From assembly GCA_964451605.1 (NCBI GenBank), contig CAYVJA010000003.1, forward strand, positions 8,156 to 46,528: 38,373 nt of DNA, written 5' to 3'. A program made the position numbers and the translations under genes. Positions within the stretch are counted from its first letter, which is position 1. Each line of letters begins with the position of its first letter. This document shows, piece after piece, positions 1-7,722 of the stretch. This DNA comes from an uncultured Bacteroidales bacterium (GTDB taxonomy: Bacteria; Bacteroidota; Bacteroidia; Bacteroidales; UBA4181). Below the pieces are notes generated by a model, which was not told the DNA's origin, did no database searches, and saw nothing but the letters and a program-made list of their open reading frames with translations.

Positions 1-92
1 GAAGCAGGCATGGCCTGCAGAGCGGGCGAAATCACCGAGCCTGCCAGAAGCAGGAGACTTTCGAGACGGGGAGCAGAAGAGGGCAGTGACAT
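1..92 (-). CDS. 5' end of an exported protein that runs off the window (signal-peptide-like N-terminus); possibly a sulfatase
   Basis: ATG at 92 reads MSLPSSAPRLESLLLLAGSVISPALQAMPA with no stop before base 1. It has a hydrophobic core and an AxA-like site (LQA/MPA), and lies 50 nt downstream of the maturase stop on the same strand. The sulfatase identity is inferred from context only. Confidence 0.45.
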   Translation of the reverse strand, partial: MSLPSSAPRLESLLLLAGSVISPALQAMPA

Positions 93-142
93 AGTACAAT
101 AATATTTGCAAATACAGATTCAGATAAGGGGGGCATATAGGG

Positions 143-1351
143 TTATGGACGGGGCCTGCGTTGCCGGGCCCATGCCATCACATTGGCAGGAGGCCGTCTG
201 TTGGTGAGCTCTTCGGCCATAAACTCCAGATAGGGAGAAATATGCGAGAAAAACAGTTTCAGGCCGGGGCAGAGGTAATTCAATCCCTCCTCCCCGTCGG
301 GGGTGAGAGCGAAGCGGTTTTTCGGACACTCTCCGTTGCAGAGAGTGAGCCACTCGCAGTTTCGGCAAAAGTCGGGCAAGAGTTGCCGTTTGTTCTGTCC
401 GAACCGAAGCTGTTCCGGACTGTACATCATGGAAACCAACGAATCGTGGGCGAGATTGCCCCGACGGTATTCGGGAAAGACAAAATGGTCGCAGGCATAG
501 ACGTCGCCGTTGTATTCAATAGCTCCCGCGTGCCCGCAAGTGGGCGCCCAGTGACAGTGTCCCGGAGCTACCCCCATCCGGTTAGCCAGAATTGCGTCGA
601 AAAGGGTTACATAAAAGGAGGCCACATCATTTTCGACCCATTCATCGAAAATTTTGCAGAGGAAATCTCCATAGTCGAGCGGTTTTACAGACCATGGGGT
701 GAGTTGCGCTTCGCTGCTTGCAGCGGTGGCCAGCATTATTCTTCCATTCTCAACGGCTACCTGCCGCTCCACCACTGGAGTGAACTGCACATACCCGGCT
801 CCCGTCGATTTGAAAAAGCGGTACACTTCGGTGGGATATTGTGCATTGTAATGGTTTACAACCGACAGAATATTAAAATCGACCCCATGTTTAAGCAGCA
901 AATCGATTCCCCGCATAGCTCCCTTGAAACTCCCGTTTTCAGAGCTGTATTTCCGGTAGTGGTTATGACAATGTTCGGGGCCGTCGAGTGAGATGCCAAT
1001 CAGAAATTGGTTCTCCTTAAAAAGGGTTCCGTTGGTTTGCAGCGAATTGTCGACATGTTGGCCGGCTCCGGCATATTTTCGTTGAAGTCGAAGTGCCTTA
1101 TTGTAAAAATCTCGCTTTCGCAGCAGCGGTTCACCTCCGTGCCACGAAAAGAGCACTTCGGGCATGGTTTGGGCGCGGAGATACTCCTGTACAAACCGCT
1201 CCAGCATCTCGTCCGACATCTCTTGTTTCCCCGGATGGTACACCCCTTTTTCCAGATAGTAACAGTAGTCGCAGGCAAGATTACACATCGAACCCGCCGG
1301 TTTTGCCAGCAGATAGAGAGGCGATGCAAAGGGGGCAAAGGCTACAGACAT
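143..1351 (-). CDS. chuR: Anaerobic sulfatase maturase (radical SAM/SPASM, anSME/ChuR/AslB family)
   Basis: CNLACDYC radical-SAM motif, WHGGEP, ISLDGP and C-terminal SPASM cysteines (C..C..YACDHF..CRNC..CNGECPK..NYLC). Start moved to ATG 1351 (MSVAFAPFASPLY), which resembles Bacteroides anSME N-termini and follows a -7 box. Confidence 0.92.
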   Translation of the reverse strand: MSVAFAPFASPLYLLAKPAGSMCNLACDYCYYLEKGVYHPGKQEMSDEMLERFVQEYLRAQTMPEVLFSWHGGEPLLRKRDFYNKALRLQRKYAGAGQHVDNSLQTNGTLFKENQFLIGISLDGPEHCHNHYRKYSSENGSFKGAMRGIDLLLKHGVDFNILSVVNHYNAQYPTEVYRFFKSTGAGYVQFTPVVERQVAVENGRIMLATAASSEAQLTPWSVKPLDYGDFLCKIFDEWVENDVASFYVTLFDAILANRMGVAPGHCHWAPTCGHAGAIEYNGDVYACDHFVFPEYRRGNLAHDSLVSMMYSPEQLRFGQNKRQLLPDFCRNCEWLTLCNGECPKNRFALTPDGEEGLNYLCPGLKLFFSHISPYLEFMAEELTNRRPPANVMAWARQRRPRP

Positions 1352-1368
1352 AACCAATCGGTGATGAA

Positions 1369-1376
1369 CAAAGATA
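1369..1376 (-). promoter_or_regulatory. Bacteroidota -7 promoter element (TATCTTTG) for the maturase
   Basis: Exact TAnnTTTG match on the minus strand, 17 nt upstream of ATG 1351. Confidence 0.6.
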
Positions 1377-1399
1377 GGCAATTGCGAAGATTCTTTTTC

Positions 1400-1407
1400 T
1401 ACCTTTG
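1400..1407 (+). promoter_or_regulatory. Bacteroidota -7 promoter element (TACCTTTG) for dnaG
   Basis: Exact TAnnTTTG match 5 nt upstream of the dnaG ATG. Confidence 0.65.
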
Positions 1408-1412
1408 TGTCT

Positions 1413-3395
1413 ATGATCGATCCCGCAACCATAAGTCGGATTTTTGATACTGCCCAGGTCGTTGAGGTAGTTCAGGAGTTTGTCGCCCTCAAAAAGAGGG
1501 GCGTCAACTACATTGGCCTCTGCCCGTTCCACAACGAGAAGACCCCATCCTTTATCGTATCGCCCTCAAAAAACATCTACAAATGTTTTGGGTGCGGAAA
1601 GGGAGGAAATCCGGTCAATTTTGTGATGGATCACGAGCATATGAGTTATGCTGATGCACTCCGCTGGCTGGCCCGGAAATACCAGATTGATATTGTCGAG
1701 AAGGAGGAGTCGCCGGAGGCGTTGCAGGAACGCAATGACCGCGAGAGCATGATGCTCCTCTCGCAGTACGCGCAGAACTCTTTTGCTGCGAACCTGCTCG
1801 AACATACCGAGGGAAGAGAGGTGGGACTCTCTTACTTTACCGAAAGGGGCTTCACCGATGAAACAATTCGCCGCTTTGGGCTGGGATATGCCCTGGCCGG
1901 CCGGGACGCCTTTACACGCGCTGCACAGCACGACGGGTACAAAATGGAGTATCTCGAAAAGACCGGACTCACCATTAAAGGAGATCATGGTGCCTACGAT
2001 CGCTTTTCGGGTCGGGTCATCTTTCCCATCCACGATCTTACCGGCAGGGTTGTGGGTTTTGGCGGACGTATTTTGGTTACCGACAAAAAAAGCGCCAAGT
2101 ACCTCAACTCTATCGAGAGTGAGATTTACCACAAAAGCAAAACGCTCTACGGCATCTACCAGGCAAGGCAGGCCATAGTGCAGGAAGATAAGTGCTTTCT
2201 GGTAGAGGGTTACACCGATGTGCTCTCTCTGCATCAGGCAGGCATTGCCAATGTTGTGGCCTCATCAGGCACCTCGCTTACGCCCGATCAGATCCGGTTG
2301 GTAAAACGGTTCACCCCAAATATCACGGTATTATACGATGGCGACGCAGCGGGAATAAAGGCCTCTATCAGGGGTATCGACCTGCTGCTCGAACAAGGGA
2401 TGAATGTAAAAGTGCTGCTGCTGCCCGATGGAGAAGACCCTGACTCCTTTGCCCGAAAGCAGAGTTCTTCGGTGTTACGCACCTATTTGTGCGATAACGA
2501 AACCGATTTTATCTCGTTTAAGATCAAATTGCTGTTGGATGAGGCCAAATCCGATCCCATAAAACGGGCGGCGCTCATCACCGACGTTGTCCAGTCGGTT
2601 TCGCTCATTCCCGATGGCATTATCAGGGCTGTCTACCTCAAGGAGTGCAGCCGGTTGCTTCAGGTTGAGGAGCAGGTTTTGCACACCGAGGTTCATAACC
2701 GGCGGCGCAAACGCACTTTTCAGAATAGCTCCACTCCCGGGGCGAGGGGAGTTGACGGCCCCTCTTTTCCGCCTGTAGATAGCGCTTCGCCCGACACGGA
2801 TAGTGTTTCCGCTCTCAGCTCCGATCCAACCCCTTCGTACAGCGGCAACGATCAGGACAGAGCCGAGCGGGAAATTCTCCGGCTTTTGGTGAATTACGGA
2901 AATATGGAACTTTTCGGCCCCACCCCCGAAGAGCCCGATGCACCTCAGGTATCCGTGGCAGCCTGGTTGGTTAAGGAACTTACGGGCGACGAGATAGCCT
3001 TTAAAAATCCTCTCTATTCCGAGCTCTTCAATCTGGCTTGCAACCGGGTGTGGTCAGGGATTTCGCCCGATACCCGCTTCTTTGTTTCGCACCCTGATCC
3101 CGCGATTAGCGGAGTGGCTGCCGATCTGGTCTCTTCTCACTATCAGCTGAGCCGGATTTGGCGTAACAATGAAGCGTACGTTCAAACCGAGGAGATGCGG
3201 CTTAAAGAGCTGGTGCCTTTAAGTGTTGCCGAGTTGAAGAGCAAAAAGGTGGCTGCCCTTCTTCAGGAGGCGCTGCACAGCATGCAACATGCCGGTTCGG
3301 AAGAACAGACCTACGAACTGTTAAATCGCATTGCCTCCCTTACCGATGTGAAGTGCCGGCTGGCCCAGAATCTGGGTTACCGGGTAATCCAGTAA
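1413..3395 (+). CDS. dnaG: DNA primase
   Basis: CHC2 zinc finger (CPFHNEKTPSF...CFGC), GRVVGFGGR, TOPRIM motifs VEGYTDV and YDGDAAG, and LPDGEDPD. Confidence 0.98.
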   Translation: MIDPATISRIFDTAQVVEVVQEFVALKKRGVNYIGLCPFHNEKTPSFIVSPSKNIYKCFGCGKGGNPVNFVMDHEHMSYADALRWLARKYQIDIVEKEESPEALQERNDRESMMLLSQYAQNSFAANLLEHTEGREVGLSYFTERGFTDETIRRFGLGYALAGRDAFTRAAQHDGYKMEYLEKTGLTIKGDHGAYDRFSGRVIFPIHDLTGRVVGFGGRILVTDKKSAKYLNSIESEIYHKSKTLYGIYQARQAIVQEDKCFLVEGYTDVLSLHQAGIANVVASSGTSLTPDQIRLVKRFTPNITVLYDGDAAGIKASIRGIDLLLEQGMNVKVLLLPDGEDPDSFARKQSSSVLRTYLCDNETDFISFKIKLLLDEAKSDPIKRAALITDVVQSVSLIPDGIIRAVYLKECSRLLQVEEQVLHTEVHNRRRKRTFQNSSTPGARGVDGPSFPPVDSASPDTDSVSALSSDPTPSYSGNDQDRAEREILRLLVNYGNMELFGPTPEEPDAPQVSVAAWLVKELTGDEIAFKNPLYSELFNLACNRVWSGISPDTRFFVSHPDPAISGVAADLVSSHYQLSRIWRNNEAYVQTEEMRLKELVPLSVAELKSKKVAALLQEALHSMQHAGSEEQTYELLNRIASLTDVKCRLAQNLGYRVIQ

Positions 3396-3442
3396 ACCGG
3401 TGCGAACCCTGTTCGAAACTTGGTCGATTGACAAAAAACGTG

Positions 3443-3450
3443 TAGGTTTG
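3443..3450 (+). promoter_or_regulatory. -7 promoter element (TAGGTTTG) with a TTG about 20 nt upstream
   Basis: TAnnTTTG match in the dnaG/Ig-like intergenic region; CTTG at 3419-3422. Confidence 0.55.
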
Positions 3451-3491
3451 CTCCTCTGTTTTGAGGGTTTATCTTACCATATTTCTGCACC

Positions 3492-5630
3492 TTGAAAAGT
3501 TATCTTATCCGCGCATTTTTGCTGCTCATTGTCATCTTTTTGCTCCCCACCTGTGCAAAAATTGCCTCTCCCGTGGGGGGGCCGCGCGATACCATTCCTC
3601 CACAGTTCCTGGGAAGTCGACCTGCTTTTAAATCGGTAAACTTCTCCGGGAAAAAGATGGAACTCTTTTTCGACGAACATATTCAGATCAAAGGGGGGCA
3701 AAGTCCTGTCTCGGTTTCTCCTCCCTTCATATTGCTCCAGCCCGATTATGTTGTAGGTAATAAGTCGTTGATTATTAATTTAAACGAAGACCTGAAACCT
3801 CAAACCACCTATACCGTTAACTTTGGGGAGGCGCTCACCGATCTGAATGAAGGCAATCCCGCACTCAACTTTGAATATGTCTTCTCCACCGGCTCGCATA
3901 TTGATTCTCTTTCGATGATAGGCAGAGTAACCGACGCGGCAACTGACGAACCTCCGGGAAAGAGTTCTAATACAGGCCGATGGCTCATTCTGTTTTATCG
4001 GGAAACCGGCGATTCTGTGCCCCTCAAAAAGTTACCGGATGTAGTGGGCCGTGTAGACGCCAACGGCCTCTTTCGCCTTCACCAGATTCCCGCCGACACC
4101 TTTCTCGTCTTTGCGCTCCGCGACGAGAATAACAACTATCTCTACGACCTTCCCACCGAGAGAATAGCTTTCAGCGACACTCTGGTGATAACAGACTCAC
4201 GCTATGCCGCACCTGATACCCTCCCCACCCGTCAGGCCACTCTCGATTCGCTATTTCGTTTCAATCCCCGTTATTTTCAATACCACCTCCGGTTGCGCTC
4301 CTTTTTGGAGACTCCTAAGGTGCAGTATCTGAAGGCCAAAGACAGAGTAGACTCTATTCAGATACGCTTTATTTTCAATAAACCACACCTCTCCGATCCT
4401 CAGTTTACTCTGGTCGATTCGGCACTTGTTTCGTATGGCACCTCCGGATTTCTCCCTGAGATATCTGCCACTCGCGACACCTTCAACTACTGGATAACGG
4501 ATCCCTTCCTGTCGCAGCGCGAGCGTCTTACTCTCGCTTTTCGTTACTCGGCCACCGATTCACTTTTACAGCCGGTCGAAAAAACGGATACCCTTATCTT
4601 CCGGAACCCTTTTCTTGCAAAAAAGGCACAGACTCTGCGTACCGACACTTTTTCGGTCGAAGACTCGCTCCGCCTGGCTCAAAAAGCGCTGAAAGACTCT
4701 GTTAAGACGGCTAAAAAGACAGCTAAAAAGATGGCAAAAGCGGCAAAAAAGGGGCGGGTCTTTACGCCCAAATCTGCATCAACTGAGACGCCGAGGATTA
4801 CCCGTAATACCCGTCGCACAGTCGAGACGGAGTCGACAGAATTGGTCGATAGGTTTCCCCTCAAAATGTGGGGGAGCTCTTCGGTAATCAGTCCGCTTCA
4901 GCAGCTGGTTCTTGAGGCGGTTTATCCCATTAAAACCTTTGATACGGCTGCAATGCGCTTTACCCTCGAGGTTGATTCGGTATTGACACCACAGCCGTTC
5001 ACACTGGTGCGCGATTCTCTTTCGCCCCGCAAACTGATGCTTCATACCGATCTGAAAGAGGGAGGGCTCTATCGGTTCTACATCGATTCGGCCGCTGTTC
5101 AGGGCTACTGGGAGGGATTCAGAAACGACACCACGCGCATTTTTCGTTTTTCTGCGTCGAAAAAGGCTGAGACGTCGGGGCTGCTCGTTTCGGTGTCGCC
5201 CTTCTGCGTGCCTTCTATTCTGCAACTTATCGATCCCGCAACAGGTAAAGTTGCAGCTCAGACACTGCTCTCATCCGACACAATTGCTGTTTTGCCCTAT
5301 ATACGTCCGGGTAAGTACCGGCTTAGAGCTATTCACGATGTCAATGGAAACGGGAAGTGGGATACGGGCAACTGGATGGAACGAAGGCAGCCTGAATCGA
5401 TAGAAATCTACAAAGACACTCTCGATCTCAAAAAAGGATTCAACTTGGAGGTGAAGTGGCCGTTCGAGAAGGCTCCCTGCCAGGATTCTCTGCGTAGTTC
5501 GGGAGCCGGATTCAATAAGGTGTCGGTTTTATTGTCGGGCAAAAGGCTTCGCCGAAAAAATAGGGCATGCCATTTGTATGCATACCTTTCAGAACAAAGA
5601 TATCTGTATGGCATTAATCGTGAATCTTGA
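3492..5630 (+). CDS. Ig-like (Big_5-type) domain lipoprotein, conserved Bacteroidota family
   Basis: TTG start, hydrophobic signal ending in Cys, then CAKIASPVGGPRDTIPP; DLNEGN..YVFSTG; C-terminal DVNGNGKWDTG..RQPE. All are typical of this family as I recall it. Confidence 0.75.
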   Translation: MKSYLIRAFLLLIVIFLLPTCAKIASPVGGPRDTIPPQFLGSRPAFKSVNFSGKKMELFFDEHIQIKGGQSPVSVSPPFILLQPDYVVGNKSLIINLNEDLKPQTTYTVNFGEALTDLNEGNPALNFEYVFSTGSHIDSLSMIGRVTDAATDEPPGKSSNTGRWLILFYRETGDSVPLKKLPDVVGRVDANGLFRLHQIPADTFLVFALRDENNNYLYDLPTERIAFSDTLVITDSRYAAPDTLPTRQATLDSLFRFNPRYFQYHLRLRSFLETPKVQYLKAKDRVDSIQIRFIFNKPHLSDPQFTLVDSALVSYGTSGFLPEISATRDTFNYWITDPFLSQRERLTLAFRYSATDSLLQPVEKTDTLIFRNPFLAKKAQTLRTDTFSVEDSLRLAQKALKDSVKTAKKTAKKMAKAAKKGRVFTPKSASTETPRITRNTRRTVETESTELVDRFPLKMWGSSSVISPLQQLVLEAVYPIKTFDTAAMRFTLEVDSVLTPQPFTLVRDSLSPRKLMLHTDLKEGGLYRFYIDSAAVQGYWEGFRNDTTRIFRFSASKKAETSGLLVSVSPFCVPSILQLIDPATGKVAAQTLLSSDTIAVLPYIRPGKYRLRAIHDVNGNGKWDTGNWMERRQPESIEIYKDTLDLKKGFNLEVKWPFEKAPCQDSLRSSGAGFNKVSVLLSGKRLRRKNRACHLYAYLSEQRYLYGINRES
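4704..4751 (+). repeat. Degenerate 12-nt tandem repeat encoding KTAKKTAKKMAKAAKK
   Basis: aagacggctaaa aagacagctaaa aagatggcaaaa gcggcaaaa aag. Confidence 0.7.
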
Positions 5631-6315
5631 GACCGCTACCGAAACCTGCTCTGTTGCCCTGGCACGCAACGGAGAAACGTTTCTGTTAAAAGAGAGTGCT
5701 GCCGGACGAAATCACGCTTCCGATCTTACCCTCTTCATTTCGCAAATTCTGGATGAGACAGATCTCGGAGTTTCCGATCTTGATGCTGTGGCGGTTAGTA
5801 TGGGCCCCGGTTCCTATACCGGTCTGAGGATTGGCGTATCGGTGGCCAAAGGGCTCTGCTACGGAGCCGGGATTCCCCTGCTGGCGGTTTCTACCCTCCA
5901 GGCTATGATTTACGGCTTGCCGGAGGCCGAAAAGTCCGGTGCCGATTTTTTGGTGCCTATGCTCGATGCCCGGCGCATGGAGGTCTACACCGCTCTTTTC
6001 GATAGCACTGCAACTGAGATAGAACCGGTTTCTGCGCGCATCATCACCCAAGACTCCTTCAGCGAATGGCTCGACAAAGGGGTGGTCTGCTTTTTTGGGG
6101 ATGGTTCGTCCAAATGCCGGGAGTATATTTCTCACCCGAATGCCCGTTTTGTTGATTCATTCCGAAATTCGGCACGACATATGACGATATTATCAGAAGA
6201 GGCCTTCTCAAACAGCGAATATCGGGATGTAGCCTATTTCGAACCCTTCTATCTGAAAGATTTTATTGCCACCGTTCCGAAAAACAAGGTGCTTGGACAA
6301 CTCATTCCCTCCTGA
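5608..6315 (+). CDS. tsaB: tRNA threonylcarbamoyladenosine biosynthesis protein TsaB
   Basis: MALIVNLETATETCSVAL, GPGSYTGLRIG, PMLDARRMEVY and EPFYLK. Confidence 0.95.
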   Translation: MALIVNLETATETCSVALARNGETFLLKESAAGRNHASDLTLFISQILDETDLGVSDLDAVAVSMGPGSYTGLRIGVSVAKGLCYGAGIPLLAVSTLQAMIYGLPEAEKSGADFLVPMLDARRMEVYTALFDSTATEIEPVSARIITQDSFSEWLDKGVVCFFGDGSSKCREYISHPNARFVDSFRNSARHMTILSEEAFSNSEYRDVAYFEPFYLKDFIATVPKNKVLGQLIPS

Positions 6316-6330
6316 TCTTTAATCCACCCG

Positions 6331-7194
6331 ATGATGAACCTGCGAAAATATATGGTAATCCCGTTGGCGCTTCTGCTCTATTGTTCCACCCTTTTGGGTC
6401 AGAGCACCAACAGTACCCTGAAAGTGGCCGAAGTTGACCAGGCCGGGCTTCCTCCTGCCATTAGCGAGGTGCCCAAAATTAAACCTCCCATTGGTTCAGA
6501 GCCCTGTTTTCAGGTGGGCGAGGAGCTGGAATATTCATTGAGTCTGGGTATTATATCCGCGGGGAAGGGTTCTATTGTCCTGCGCGAGGAGATGTTTAAC
6601 GGGCAGAAAGTGTTTCACAGTGTGCTTACTGGCTCTACCACCGGGATGATAGACAGGATCTTCAAAGTGCGCGATGTCTATGAGAGCTACTTCCGTCCGC
6701 ACGACAACCTGCCTCTTAAGGCAATCAGAAATGTGCGCGAAGGGAATTACAAGTTTTACGACGAACAGCTCTTTTATCCTGAGCAACGCCTGCTTGAAAG
6801 CCAAAAAAAAGGAAAACTGATTATCCCAGATAAGACCCTTGATATGGCCTCTGTGTTGTTTTATCTGCGCAGAATCAATTTCGAGATTATGTCGGTGGGT
6901 GATATTATCTATTTCGACACCTTTTTCAGTAAGGCGCTCTTCCCCTTTTATGTAATTTACAGAGGACGCGAAACCATAAAAACATCGCTGGGTACCTTTT
7001 CTTGTATTCGTTTGGTTCCGGTGGTCGAACCGGGGCGAATCTTTAAACGTTCCGACGGCATGAATATCTGGCTCACCGACGACATCAACAAGGTGCCGGT
7101 ACTTATTAAGTTTGATGTCTGGGCCGGTTCCTTTAAGGGAGAGTTGGTTCGTTACAAAAAACTCAAATACCCCCTCACCTCACTGAAAAAGTGA
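6331..7194 (+). CDS. DUF3108-like exported protein
   Basis: Signal peptide; FQVGEELEY, FKVRDVYES, GRETIKTSLGTFSC and IWLTDDINKVPVLI match my recollection of the family. Confidence 0.75.
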   Translation: MMNLRKYMVIPLALLLYCSTLLGQSTNSTLKVAEVDQAGLPPAISEVPKIKPPIGSEPCFQVGEELEYSLSLGIISAGKGSIVLREEMFNGQKVFHSVLTGSTTGMIDRIFKVRDVYESYFRPHDNLPLKAIRNVREGNYKFYDEQLFYPEQRLLESQKKGKLIIPDKTLDMASVLFYLRRINFEIMSVGDIIYFDTFFSKALFPFYVIYRGRETIKTSLGTFSCIRLVPVVEPGRIFKRSDGMNIWLTDDINKVPVLIKFDVWAGSFKGELVRYKKLKYPLTSLKK

Positions 7195-7201
7195 GGTTCC
7201 C

Positions 7202-7717
7202 TTACACAAAGAGTTTTCGCATAATCTCCGGTACCACCTCTTCTACCGGAAGCATTCCGTTTACTGTGATGTGCGCCTTTTGGTAAAAAGGGGCTCTCAG
7301 TGCCAGCGTATTGCAAACATAGGCTTTGAGCTCTTTGTCGGGCAGATCGGCAATCAGGGGGCGTTTGGCCTTCCTTCGGGGTTCCGAAAGGCGTGTATAG
7401 AGCCCCAGATCGGAAACCTGCAAATAGACAGTCTTCCCCAGCTTATTCATCTTTTCCATGGTGTCGCCATAGCAGGGAGTTCCTCCCCCTGTCGAAATGA
7501 CAAGTTGTTCCGATTGAGCCAGATTATCAATCCACTCTCTTTCGGCTTCACGAAAAGCGGTTTCGCCCAGTTCGGCAAAGATTTCCGAAACCGTCATCCC
7601 GAAACGGGCTTCCAGCTGCTGATCCATATCGACAAAGGCGTAGCCCAGATGCTGAGCCATCACCTTTCCAATCCGGGTCTTTCCCGACCCCATAAAACCC
7701 ACTAAAAATATGCGCAT
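7202..7717 (-). CDS. aroK: Shikimate kinase
   Basis: GFMGSGKT P-loop, DMD, GETAFREAE, STGGG and RPL. Confidence 0.95.
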   Translation of the reverse strand: MRIFLVGFMGSGKTRIGKVMAQHLGYAFVDMDQQLEARFGMTVSEIFAELGETAFREAEREWIDNLAQSEQLVISTGGGTPCYGDTMEKMNKLGKTVYLQVSDLGLYTRLSEPRRKAKRPLIADLPDKELKAYVCNTLALRAPFYQKAHITVNGMLPVEEVVPEIMRKLFV

Positions 7718-7722
7718 AACAA

